This document shows positions 1-14,370 of a stretch of DNA of 64,000 nt, piece by piece (the first letter of the stretch is position 1; the number at the start of each line of letters is the position of its first letter). The DNA is taken from NCBI GenBank assembly GCA_964016885.1, contig OZ024745.1, positions 36,270,001-36,334,000 of the forward strand. Reading direction: 5' to 3'. The DNA comes from Eledone cirrhosa. Taxonomy: Eukaryota. The notes beneath the pieces were generated by a model that did no database searches, was not told the DNA's origin, and saw only the letters and a program-made list of their open reading frames with translations. The position numbers were made by a program, and so were the translations under genes.

Positions 1-203
1 CTTTATATTTAATAATCTCCCAATTGGTTGAGATTAAATTTGGCGATATATGGCTGCGCTTTCTAGCAGCAAGCCTACCCGCCATAAGCAACCAATCACA
101 CGCTTTCTCTCTGGCTGGTACACAGCTACATAGCGATCTTAGCCATTTTTGAATCTTAATTTGGCGCGGTCGGTTTGAGAAAATAAATGTCTGATTCTGA
201 GTT

Positions 204-283
204 TATCCACTGATGAAACCTAACTCAGGATATTTCCATATTATTTGGATGTCCTAAATAAGGAAGAAACCATGGTAGGGATA
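204..283 (+). ncRNA. Type I hammerhead ribozyme motif in a PLE pseudo-LTR-like element
   Basis: tatcca-CTGATGA (210-216), long stem II (aggatat...atgtcct), GAAAC-catg-GTA-gggata. Stem III is the palindrome ACCATGGT; there is one mismatch at the base of stem I. Confidence 0.65.
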
Positions 284-565
284 TAATTACGGTATGTGCG
301 CATTTCTTCTAGGTTTAATTTTACTACTAATTATATGCGGTTGACGGTATATTTGATCGGATTCTGCATGCTGCCGAAATGTTTGATAAATAGTGGAACG
401 GAGCTGCTGCGAAGAGGCTACGATCAATTGTTTGTCGGGGATTTCCCCGTAAGAAAATTTATTCTTAAAGCTTGCTAGATTTGATTTTGTATATGGTTAA
501 TTATGCTGATTAGAGGAAGAAATAGTATATATCTTAATATCTGATTGATTCTATAGACATGTTTT

Positions 566-856
<291 letters not shown>

Positions 857-1685
857 CTAAAATTTCACTCCAACTAATTAGTTTCTGAAAGGGAATAAAC
901 ATGGTTTCCGAATGGAAAGCATGGAGAAACCTTTCGTCATCAGGAAGTCTGTTCTCAGCTAAGTTACCAGGCGATGCGTGGACACAGGGAACTTATACAA
1001 AAATAATTCAGTGGATGGAAAAAAGCAAGCGTGGACTAAATTCCAAGACATTGGAAAAATCACTGCCTACTTGGTCGGTGGCAAATTCAAAAGAATCAAT
1101 CACGTGACATCGAGGTTAATCAGTGAGGAGTGGGGTGTTAAAAAGACAGTGGCCGAGCCATTACTATGAACTATAGTAGCAGTGTTTGCAAATTTTTGCT
1201 CAACAAAATAATTTGGAGTTAATTATAAAGAATTAGTATATCTACCAACATATATATACAGATGCATACCTATGCTAGCAAATATATAGGTTTTGTCTTA
1301 GTAACTTTGTGGTTCAATGCAAGGGGATGAAGAACAATTATATGAAAGACGTAAAATAATAAAATTATAAAAATTAACTTACTTACTAAAATTTATAGGT
1401 TTTATTCCCTTTCAGAAACTAATTATTTGGAGTGAAATTTTAGTAAGTAAGTTTATTTTTGTGCACAATATACAAACCGGTTTAGCTGTGACAGATCTTT
1501 TACATACTACAATTAGCAATCTTATATCTGTAGAGTTACCATTACGTAATCCCTCACTAATAAGTCTCTAAACAAATCACATTGATCCTACTTGTGCTTC
1601 TACCTTTTGTTAACCATAGTAACTCTTGGTATATAAAACGCCATAAATCTTACATTTAGACTTACCAGAGAAATATCATGTAGTT
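857..1685. mobile_element. Fold-back element between (TA)n tracts carrying a partial HHR
   Basis: 857-900 is inverted at about 1399-1445. The minus strand at 897-948 reads acttc-CTGATGA-cgaa...ttcg-GAAACcatg, with stem I broken at the junction. Confidence 0.55.
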
Positions 1686-1697
1686 TATATATACATC

Positions 1698-1873
<176 letters not shown>

Positions 1874-1896
1874 ATATATATGTATATATATATATA

Positions 1897-1931
<35 letters not shown>

Positions 1932-1959
1932 GTTATGTTGGTACCACAACATCCAATCC

Positions 1960-2226
1960 GAAACAAATGAGGTCGTGTAGGTGTCACGACAAAAAAACAC
2001 ACAGTCCACGCTGTAATGTGGCTGTGTAGGTAATTCGGTAAATACCTCAAGTCCACACTGTAAACGTGGTTGATGTTAGGAAGGGCATCCAGTCGTAGAA
2101 AACCCGCCAGACAGTCATATGCGAGCGAGACAACCACTCTTGCCTCAAGTGGGAAAACTCCCGTCCAAACTCATGCAAGCGTGGAAGATGGACGTTAAAC
2201 GATGATGATGATGAAGATGATGATGA
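1960..2226 (+). mobile_element. SINE/LINE-derived 3' portion with (GAT)n tail
   Basis: ttaggaagggcatccagtcgtagaaaa and catgcaagcgtggaagatggacgttaaacgatgatgatg resemble a common cephalopod retroposon tail (recalled, not searched). Confidence 0.65.
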
Positions 2227-2749
2227 TATATATATATATTGCACTGCTTGTGCTTTGATGCATCTATGCTTTGATTTGTCTTATATTTTGTGGGGGTGTC
2301 CGGGTTTTTTGTTCCTTTATTGTTTTGTATTTTTACATTTATTTCTTTTCTTATCCTTGTATTTTTGTACTTTTTTATTAATTTCTTTATCATTTTCTTA
2401 TTGTTTCTGATCATGCTGAGTAATACCGTCACTCATATCTTGCTACCCTCTCCCAAACTCTTTATCATCTATTGCACCATTTAAGTGATACATTTTTGGT
2501 GTAATTTTTAATTTTTTAATTTTTAAGACATTTTATGACATCATGTATTCTGTCTTTTTCCAAATAGCGGTGGCCTCGGCACTCTCTTGCTGGACCTTTA
2601 ACCTTGTTCGGGTGACGAACCTCGATGGGGTCTGCAACTATTGATATACACATGTTTATAGGGTCTGATGATTCCTGCCATGTGTGTATGGATCAAACAC
2701 TGTTAACTAATAAAACAATGTATTTCTAAGAACTTTTTGGTTATTCCTA

Positions 2750-2829
<80 letters not shown>

Positions 2830-2984
2830 TTTCTTTATTTATTTATTTATTTATTAAAATATATATATATATATTAAAATATATATATATATTTATTAAA
2901 ATATCGAGCCCTCTTTGGATTTTAGTCTCCAAATTTATTATTATTAATATATATATATATATAATTATATAACGGCGATGAATT

Positions 2985-3480
2985 AGTTTTGCGAGGTTTT
3001 TTATATGAAATCGTGTGTCGAAACAAATATTGTTATACTTGGGGAGGGTCATATTTGTGTAATATTGCCAGAATTAATAACAGAACACACTCACTGTTTG
3101 GTTGGTTTTCGCTTTTCGCTTCTGTGTCTTTTATATCGGTAATCTAATTTAATCGGTCCTCAATGTTGCCATTGACTGATCGACGGTCAAAAATAATACA
3201 GATACAATATAGACACAAACACATATATATAGTTCATCAAAGTTCTTTCGTTGCACATCTGCAACATCGTCAGTGGTGCTATTGTTTCCTCCCGTTACAT
3301 TGTATGTCTACGCCATTTTTATTTAGTCTGTCTATATATTTATTTATTTATTTGTTTGTTTGTTTATTTTATTTTGTCTTCTTTGCTCATGCGTTTGCGT
3401 GTGTGTATAGTGTTTTGTTTGATGTGTGTTCGTGATTGGGTGACTAGTGTGTGTTTATATGTGTTTGTTGTTATTGTGCT
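2985..3480 (-). mobile_element. PLE pseudo-LTR family F copy with HHR at 3235-3278
   Basis: Inverted homolog at about 34770-35235. The minus strand reads cacca-CTGACGA-t-gttgca-gatg-tgcaac-GAAAG-aa-CTT-tgatg. Confidence 0.7.
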
Positions 3481-4083
3481 TGTGTATGTATTTATTTATT
3501 CATTTATCTGGCCTCCTCCTCACACTTTCACCCACTCACTCTCTGCCACTCTCCCTCTCTCACTTCCTCCTGTTTGACCTGTGTGAAATCATTTTCTCGC
3601 TCACATCTCACCCAGGTCAGATGGTCTGTATCTCTCGTCTATGATTTCACCGAACTTAAGTTCATAGATATCACGGACTTGTTTCCCCTCTTCCTATCTT
3701 TCCGTTACATTACCATCTCTGTTTTTTTACATGACTCGCTCGTTTCACCCTATTTTACGTGTCCCAATAACTTTCTTTAGTTATTGCTCGCACCAACCAG
3801 AGGTATATGATCTTTAATGCGAAGAAATACCAATGGCGGTTGAAAGATCACTGCTGAAGGACTAATTTTATTCATATATACCCATTTGCAACAACGGAAC
3901 GCGCCATTTTTCATATATATATATCACATAAGAAACGCAGAATCAGAATTGCGAAGAATAAAATAAATTTCATTCGTCGCAACACTGATTCTCAGTTTCT
4001 TATGTGATATCATACTCTGTTCTGTAAGAGCATCGAGTGTTCAAACGGCCTACCGCTTACGGACGCTTTAAGCATCCAACACC

Positions 4084-4173
<90 letters not shown>

Positions 4174-4523
4174 GGGTGTGTGTGTGATAAATGTATTTGA
4201 GTGTTGAACTGCAGACACTAATGTTTCTGGGTATCACCCTTCATCTGTGCAGTTCACTGATCACCTGCCAACTCTCAGAGCTAGTGAGACTATATGATAT
4301 TTTCTAAAATCTACAGTGACTGATCGGCCAGATCACCCAAATCTTCATATTAGCAGATCCACTGATCAACCAGATTTGCATATAAGCAGACAGTTCAGTC
4401 AGTTTCTTGTATGCGATCGATTAATGGCTGGCTTTGCCATATTCAAATAAATATTTTTTTATATTTGTGTATATATATATATACATATATAAAAAAGAAA
4501 AAATATATATATATAGAGAGAGG

Positions 4524-4626
<103 letters not shown>

Positions 4627-6263
4627 GTATATATATATATATATAAATATATGATGGGGAAGGGTGAGAAAAAGAAGGTAAGGTTCTGTTCATGCTGTGT
4701 GCGAATGCACGTAAACATTACTCTATTAGAATGTTGGAATGTATATTATTTGATCCATTGTTTAAAACGGTAACATTTACATTATGTTTAGAAAATGTAA
4801 ACCAAATGTATTGGCAGTGGAGATCGTGATTCTATGCCTTTTATTTAAGAATTTATGTGATTATGATTGTTGTGTGATGGCATTTTAAACAATTATATAC
4901 TAGAATTGAGATTATTTAGCCGCATGTATAATATATAATCATTGTCGCCAATAAATGAAATAATTATTCTCATTAACACTTACTGGGATGATTGTTCCTG
5001 TGTTGGGGTTATAGATATGAATTGTTTCCCTGTTTAACACCACATCTAAGACTTGCCGCCTATAGTAGAAGAGACTGTGTTACACATATTCTTCCCAAGT
5101 CTTCATTTTGAATGTAACTCTCTCATCACCCACACCAGTCATAGTGTCACTGAAAAGTATAATATACTCTCCTTGATCCTAACATTAAATCGTGTCAAAG
5201 AATATTATTGATGTATATTATGATTTAATATATCATTCTAATATAATTGGAAAACATTTATAATATATAATCTCAAATATATATATATATGATCTGAATA
5301 TGCTATAGATATCACTATAACAGATATTATCTAATTAAAATGTAGCTATCACTAATATAGATAATGTTAACACATATATCTTTCATCAGAAAGAAATATA
5401 AAATATTGCAATTAATCTGACTAGGTCTATATTTTCAAGGAATTTTCTCAGAGAATTAGTACCTTTATTTAGGTTCCACGGAAAATTCGATAGTTTGTCA
5501 CTAGGTATAACAAACACAAGCCAGCAGGCAAGGGAAAAAGTAGTGTAGCATGCACAAAAAAACGTCTATTTACTGTCAGAGTGATTAGTTAACTATTTCA
5601 CATACCATATGTGTTTTCTATTGCAAAAGGGTAACTTAGCTACATATAAACTACGTTAAAACTATATACATGTATCTCATATGCAGGAGATTGAGCATCT
5701 AACTAAGAGAGCAAGCAACCGATTAACTTATCGTCAGTATTTTAGTGTTACTTATGTTATCGACACAGAAAGAAATCAAACACAATGCTAGTTTGAATTC
5801 AAAACAAAACATGGTCTACAAAATATTGATTCAGGCAATCCAAAGTTTCTTTCGTTATAGTAATATAAAGTAAAGTTATCTTTGAAATAGCTTCAATCTA
5901 AAATGTTGTACACGACGAATATTGAGATGGTAAATTGGTGTCAAAAGTTTGAATATCTAATTATCCTACCATATTGCCGTTTATAAATAATATATGAACA
6001 AAAGAATAACTTCCTTTTGCTCTGCAGAATACTCTTAAATAACTTTATATATTTGTACTGTGTTTTCATATCAAATACAGTCATGGTGTTACTTTGTATT
6101 GCAGTAATCATAGAGTACGTGAAAGGTGCTGTACTTATATATAGATATATATACATTCATAGATGCACACACACACACACACACACATACACACACACAC
6201 ATACACACACACATACATGCACATGCACACGCATAATCACTCAGACACACACACGCACGCACG

Positions 6264-6368
<105 letters not shown>

Positions 6369-6601
6369 TAACGGAGGTATAAAGTTAATCTATCTGGGAT
6401 TTATTTCGTAAATTCTTAGACCACGCTAGACAATTACGTTTCCTTTATAGACATTATGCTCGTTATCCCGTTTTTTTTTATTTATTTGCTTTGATATCCA
6501 GTAAACGTGAAAATTCAATAAACGTGAATATTATTATAATATCTCGCGTTGCTCTATGTGCTGAAGATCAAAACAAACATTAGGATTTTTTATTTCCATC
6601 G

Positions 6602-6648
<47 letters not shown>

Positions 6649-7493
6649 GTAATGTCTGAACTTCATATATGTATTCGTAACTTACCAGGTATAAAAATAA
6701 GAATGAAGCAACACTGAAATGTTGTTTCTATTTGTTGGCAATATAAAACTACTAAGTAGATTATTTCTATGTGATCTTTATATGGAAATCTGAAAATATT
6801 TCGATGTGCTTTGGTAATTCTATCTATTTATTGGCATCAGCATTTTCTGATTTACTCATGGGTTCCGTTATTGAATTTTCTTTAGTATATCTTGAAATTT
6901 CTTATATGAGATATTTATTTTATTTTATGTTGATCTGATACAATTATGAATTGAGCTATAAGATATGATAACCTATGAGAAAGGAAACCTATAAGGTTTG
7001 ATAATTTATTAAAAAAATAGAAACAATGAGTACGCAATAAAGTGATAAAACTAAAGAAAATGTTTTAAAATTCGTGTATTCGGCATTTATAGATTCTTTA
7101 ATTCAACTTCTATACTCCGATTTCAGTCATATACTTTGTCTTATGATAAATCACCTTCAAATGAAAGCCAGCATGCAAAATGGCCATCAGTTTCAGTGTC
7201 CAAACGAAAGATAAGTATTTTCTATTACTTTGAAGTTAGAATTGGGAGCTGGCATGCAAACTCACATTTCGCTATGAGATGAATGCTATAGGAATATCAG
7301 CTGAGTTACATAGTTAATGCTGTAGGGAAAACGTATCAACAGTACAAACCTGTATATGTTATGCTTATATCAAGTCTTTAATCACCCATTCACAGAAACG
7401 TCTAATTATAACACGCAGATGACTTGTCACGATCATTTCACATCTTACGCAGAGGATCAGGGAAATTCTATTTACAACTAGTATAGAGTTGAC

Positions 7494-7556
<63 letters not shown>

Positions 7557-8833
7557 GGACAATGTAGGAATCCCACACGCAGAAAATAACTGTAATCACA
7601 GTCAATTGCTATGTATAATAGCCAAGAAAATCGCGTAAATTAACCTAGAGACAGATAAAAGTTAACAACTACCGCCACGGAGAATCGAGCTACTTATCCC
7701 ACGAATTCCTGTTGTGTGTTCGAATCAATGGGCTAAAAGACACATGAGGGCCAAAACAGGTACTACTTTTCTCCGCATTTTAGTTTTTCGGTCATCTGTG
7801 TGACACTAAACCTATTTGGCATTTGCTAACCTGAATGTATGTGTTACACTAAAAAAGTTGAGCAGAAACACCGTTCTTTCAACTTCGCTTTAGATTATTT
7901 ATGTGCTCAATCCTCGTATTGACATGTCTTTAAATGCCAGATTGGCATGTTTTCCTTCGTATATTACAATATGCAGGAACCTCCTCACATCTTGTTGCTA
8001 GTATACCAATATATTTGATATTACCTTTCATCTTATAAGATTGATTCCTACATTACACACTCCCACATGTAATTTGCCATAAGTACAGATTTTATGCCGT
8101 TTTTCACCACTTATCCTAACAAGATGGCCAGCACATCTTATTTGAGACTATATCTAGAGAAGCTCTACGAATTGCAAATCACATTTAGGAAACATATATT
8201 CATTTGGGACTTTGTCCTGCCACGTGAAATCACAGATATTTATAAAGCAACTCTTCTAGAAATTAACTAGCTGTATGATAGGTTTTCTACATTGTGTCCA
8301 CTATTTGGATTCTTATAGCAATACATATACTATTTCCTTGATTAAATATATGAGACAAAGGGCAATGTTGTCTTAGATGAGTGCCTCCTAGTTCATGATT
8401 ATCATGGGTTTGCACTTGGAAAGTTCCTCTTCAAAGACCAAATTAATGGGTGACAAGAAATCGATCATGTCTCTTAATATCCTCCCTACATGCTAATGTT
8501 ATTTTTGATGAACACCTGCCTCCTGTTACGTGAACTGTAGCTTCAAACATATCATGTTCAAGAACACAACACGCCAACCCGTCTGGTGATCGAAATCAAG
8601 ACGTTGTATTCATGGTAATGTAATGCTGATTACTAAACCCGACGCACCATAACATTGTCTGTATGGTACCATAACACGTGATAGAATTGTACGGCACCGT
8701 ATTGACATACGGTGTTTCCTGGGAATTTTAAGTCTGCTGGAGCCCATACGTCTCCAGGGCCTAGTGCAGAAGATTTCTTATAGAGAAAGATAGAAAGTGA
8801 AAGAGAGAAAATGGGAAAGAGATATAGAGGAAG

Positions 8834-8990
8834 AATCGACCCCAGTACTAGACTAGTACTTTTTTTCGAGCTCAAAAGGATGAAAGGCAAAGTTGACCTC
8901 GGCCAGATTTGAGCTCTAAGACTAGAGAACCGGAACGAATAACACAAAGCACCCTATCCGACGTTTTAACAACTCTGCCAATTTGCTGCC
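8834..8990 (-). mobile_element. tRNA-derived Octopus-type SINE, decayed
   Basis: Minus strand ggcagcaaattggcagagttgttaaaacgtcgg...gagctcaaatctggccgaggtcaactttgcctttcatcc...tactggggtcgat matches a remembered Octopus SINE consensus. Confidence 0.75.
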
Positions 8991-9250
8991 ATGGCATAGC
9001 TTTGCATGACTTTACAAGAAGATGATAGTGTGGGTCGGAAGTATTGTAATCATTGATTTACTCAACCCCGTTTGATTAAGAGTTAACAAAGAATATAGTG
9101 TTTTCATACAACAGAAGGATGAAGTGTAGAACGTCATGTAATAAATGACCTGAACACCTTTCTTTGTTTCTACTGGAATTGTCGAACAACATTAGAAGGT
9201 CATCTATATAATACGTCTTCAATGAAATTAAGTTTTTGAAAGAAGAGATT

Positions 9251-9547
9251 TCACTGATTATATATCCCCCCAAACAACAATAGTGCACGGGAGAGGTTTA
9301 TTTTATAGTTGGATAATATTTCATTCGGAGAGATACCTAAACTGCTTTCGAGGCGAGTCTGTTTTGCATCAACGTCAAATAAAATGGGAATTTTAGACTT
9401 TTGCAACCAAAATAGTAAGCCAGACTGCTTGATTCTAGCATTTAAATCAATGTTTTGTAGATTAAACGAATAACTTGATTGATTTATATTTTCTTGCATA
9501 CAACAAGAGACTTCTAGGTTGTGAACTTCTTCATTTTCCACAATAAT
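9251..9547 (-). CDS. Possible terminal host exon, unknown product
   Basis: About 98 stop-free codons of complex sequence (IIVENEEVHNLEVSCC...GGIYNQ*), in frame after a ttacag acceptor. The pyrimidine tract is weak and no domain is recognised. Confidence 0.22.
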   Translation of the reverse strand: MIVENEEVHNLEVSCCMQENINQSSYSFNLQNIDLNARIKQSGLLFWLQKSKIPILFDVDAKQTRLESSLGISPNEILSNYKINLSRALLLFGGIYNQ

Positions 9548-12409
9548 CTGTAACTTTTAACAGTCAAACTGTGCAACTTAAATATATGATTTATACTTAT
9601 ATTCACATATCTCAAAATTTCTTTTGTTGATATGGACATACAAATATATACACAAACACACACAGTCATGCACATATACTGACGCTCACACATGATCATT
9701 TATACACACATATGTACATGTATATGCATACAAATATATGAGTGTGCGTATGGGTGCATATATGTTTATATATATACAAACATATATTCATGTACACACA
9801 TACAAACACGCACACACCCACATATATATATATACATACATATATATATTCAAACATATTCAAGTACATGTATATTTATAAATTCATACATAATGTATGC
9901 AATCGGGCATACATGCATGCACACATATATGAAAGTACATACGTATGTACACACGCAGGTACATACATGTAATTCATATTTCATATATATATAAGCAAGT
10001 TTCAGTTTATGATCATAAGCTGGACAATGTGCGTATTGTTGTACCGATACAATACAATTACGTTTAATCTCCCTAATCTCGTTTGCTATTTCAGAGAATG
10101 AAGAAAGTTTCTTGAATATGTCTCTCTATTTAACAATTTTAAACTCATGAAAGCTTTTATAAAACATCCTATTCGTAATACAATGTTGCTAAATTATAAT
10201 ATTTCTCTGTGTAATTTTTATCATTTCTTTCTACGAAACAGCGGATTACATTTTTTGCGGAGGTTCATTCGACAAAAATGAACTCAATATTTTAATATTA
10301 TCCCTTTTATTTTCTTTAGAGTGGATTTCATTTGACAGCAACTTTCAAATATATTGCTTTACTAAAATAAGGGCAAAGGCGCATTGCTTATTATTGAAGG
10401 TATCGGGCTCGCGAGTATATGGTGATGCACTTGTGACTTTGAGCAAGTCATTTAGTTACAAGTTGCCCCAGTACACTCAGCTGAATACCAACAGCGACCA
10501 CTGGGCGTTAACACTGTTAAGCTTGTACACACATTCAATTTAAATTTACTACTCCGAGATAGTCTCTGCGTTTTGTTCATCGATGCACTTGAAAAGCCTA
10601 CTTGAAACGATAATTCTAATTGGCCTTAAAATGAGAGCATTAATAGTGCATCGCTCATAAAAATGTCGAAACACATCCGTGATTATCTTCCATACTTTCC
10701 GGAAATAAAGAAATGAATATTAGTTAGTGTCGAATATTAACTTCTCCATACCGCATAACCGTTTGTAGATGTTTAGCTTTTTTAATTTCCCCTGCTATAT
10801 ACGAGTATAAACTAATGTTACCTTAAAGAATGTATAGTAATTTTGTCTTTGCTTTTATCTTGGTAGTCCTGAGTAAATATTAATTTAAATTATGACACAT
10901 TTGCTATTTTAAATTCATTCCTGGATTTTAAGATGTAGTTTGTGTGTTCACTTTCATGTCTATGAATAATTATACATTTGTGTACGGGTGACAATCTTAA
11001 AGATTTATTCTTTTCATTCAAGAAAGCCATAATTGAAAAGAACGGTATGGATCTAAAATGAATTTTAATGAAACATCATCGGTGGTAGTGTAAATTGAAA
11101 GTTTAATGTAATTATATTTTTTGGCTATTAAAAACGATATTCCTCCAATTGTTATCAATTATATAGTTTTATTTTATTTTATGTTGGCATGAAATAAACT
11201 TACATGCATAGATACGATCCTTAAATTGTATTTCTAATTATGAAAACTATCTCTATCATATTGAAGTATATTTGCTAATTATACAGTATGTGTATTTTTG
11301 ATTCTTCATTCTTACAAAATATAGGTTAAGTGAATTGAAGAACAGATTAATTGTCGAAAATGCAACGCTATAATATTACAGTTCCAGTTCCAGAAGTCAT
11401 AAGTAGTTCGATCGGAAACAAATTGGTAAAGGCTACCAATAATTCTCTTCAACATTCGTTTTAATTATATCAGTTGTCAATTTCTTTCAATTTGCTGCTT
11501 CAGAAATTATATTTATTGCGATTTCTGAATCTCATACACGATTGTACTTTTAATTTTACTGAACAGTATCTCGTTATCGTTTTAAATTATCTTCCAGAAA
11601 TTAAGCACTGAGTATATTTTAAATATAACACTTATTAATCATTCAGTTCAGAGTAAAATTTAGTATTTTGCCAACAGGAATGAAAATGTGGTAATTTAAA
11701 ACCTCACACAATTAGTTATATAAATCAAACATTATTTTCTTACTTTCTTTTAGGTTTCAGATATAAAAAACTTGTGTGCATGCGGAGCTATGTGTAACTT
11801 TAGTGTATATACGTGGTAGCAAAGAATCGTGTGTGTCTGCTTTTGTGTTCGGATAAATGGGAATATTATTGGTGTAAAGATATCGAGATAACGGAAGCAT
11901 TATGCAGTCAAGAGGAGGAAAATTAATTACCTTGTGATTTCATTAACCTGTATGGAATAACAATATTCTAAGAAAGTTGAATATACGGTAGAAGGCTACT
12001 TTTTGGAATCGACGAACGTAATTTCTGCTACTCTTGTTTGAGGCATCGGATAGATGAAAGACAATGATTTTGTTGAAGTTGCTATTGCTGTTGTAGTTAC
12101 TATTGCTGATGCTGTTGTTGTTGTTACTACTGTAGTTACTTCTTTTGTTGTTGCTGCACCTGCTGCTTTAGTTGGTGTCGTGATAGTAGTTTTATTATAT
12201 TCGTTTATTTTCTTCCTCATAGTGAAATGTCTCTCTGACACGTCACACATACTATATAATTTCCTCTTTCTTACATATTTCTCCTAGGAAGTATCCTGTG
12301 TCAGAAATCTACTTGCTTATGTACAATTTGAAAATATTGTTTGTTTCACTATATTTTGTTAGTTTAGAAGTTATGTTAGGAGTGGAACCTGATTATAAGC
12401 CTTTTCGAT

Positions 12410-12513
<104 letters not shown>

Positions 12514-12811
12514 TAATGGAGCACCTTCGATTATTTCATTAGCAATACTGAATCTTATTGTTGGAGAAATGTCACATAATTATGTAATTATGTAGAATGC
12601 AATCTCCATTCCATATCTAATATTTTCCTGAAATGAGCTCAAAATATAAATGTTTTGTTTGCTATTTTTTACTTCATTTTATAAATTACTGAGATTGAAT
12701 ATAATGACTAATAAATATTAATATATGACAAGATGTTTAATCCAGCACACTACAATGTCAAACCACTATTGGATTGCCACACACATTAGACATTGAAATT
12801 TTGAAATATCT

Positions 12812-13220
12812 TGGCCGCAGACGTGGCTGTTTTGTTAGGGGTTTAGCTTCGCCACTAGATTGTATTGGGTTTAGTTCCTTGGTCAAGTGTTTCCCTTCGA
12901 CTATAGCCTAGAGTTGTGGGAGATTTGTTAGACAGATTCTGTGCGGAGATCTATCATATACATATATGGGTGTACAAGTGTGGATGTGAGTGTGCGTGTG
13001 TATGTGTATGTATGTGTGTATGTGTGTATTTGTGCGTGTTTTTTTATATGATCTCGATGTTTATCTCCCATATTTAGCGAGGCGATAAAATGGGATCGAT
13101 AAGATAATTGTACCAAAGCAGTAAAGAGTAATTAGGTCGCTATGATCGACTTAATTCCTTCATGTGATGCTCCAGCATACCCAACGTCTAATTTATTAAA
13201 CCAATTAAAGAATAAAAGAA
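12812..13220 (+). mobile_element. Octopus-type tRNA-derived SINE with internal (TG)n, decayed
   Basis: Head ggccgcagacgtggctg...ccttggtcaagtgt...ctatagcc...gatttgttagacag; tail gatcgacttaa...taaagaataaaagaa. Confidence 0.65.
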
Positions 13221-14167
13221 TATTATTACACTGCTTTCGATTACCTTGGCATTTCTCTTCTCCGTAGATAGAATATTATAAGAAATGTCATCACCTGGCG
13301 CAATTCATTTCATGATAATCGTTTTTTACATATTTCTGTAAATAAAATTAACATAAAATATGATTTGGGGATAGACAAGAATCGTTGATTTGTTATAATT
13401 TACATGCAAATAACATTCTGTTTCGTTAGTAGAATAGTCATAAATAAGAAATAATTTAGTATCCCTTAGTTTCCATAACAATAAGATTTGGAAAAAGCTC
13501 GCCTATGCAAAATTACACTTTTGTGATTTTGTCATTTGTTGTCCAGTGTTAAATAGAAGTAAATGATTAATTAAATCTGCCAGTTTCGTAGGAGACTTCT
13601 TTTGTAAAAGTATTATCATTATCTAAAAATGTTAACTTAACGTGTGCCATACCAAATTGATAGAAAATTATATAATTAAAATAAATTAAACAAGTAGATA
13701 ATAAAAAAAAAAAATGAAAATGTAAATCAATAATCGACAATAAAGAGAAATATTTATGAGAAAGCAAATTGATTTCCCCCATGTTTCTTAGTTTGAAAGT
13801 TAAATAAGTAAAGTGTCTAATGATTTATCTGAAGATCTTGCTCGATGCATATTCAAAATAAATCTACTTTCTCTGATGTCAACTGTTTTACAATGAACAT
13901 CTTGTTGAAATTATGGAAAAACTGATTTCTCAATAATAAATAAAATTTCACTTGATAAATAAAGAACAAGGATATTAGTTGAGTTGAGATTATATAATGT
14001 ACACGGACAGGTCAGGTCGATGTTGAAATATTAAAACCACTTTTTTTCCTGTATAGCAACAGGCCAGTTAATATCCTAGTTCTATATTTATCAAGTGAAA
14101 TTATATTTATTATTGAGAAATCAGTATTTCCATATATATATGTATGTGTGTGTGTGTGTTGTATTTG

Positions 14168-14264
<97 letters not shown>

Positions 14265-14310
14265 CGTTCAATCGCGGGTACCAACAGTAAGTAAGAAACT
14301 AAATATATTA

Positions 14311-14370
<60 letters not shown>

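Noticed and set aside
2660-2712. CTGATGA...CAAAC HHR-like motif
   Set aside because: GAAA is mutated and stem I does not pair; at most a decayed remnant.
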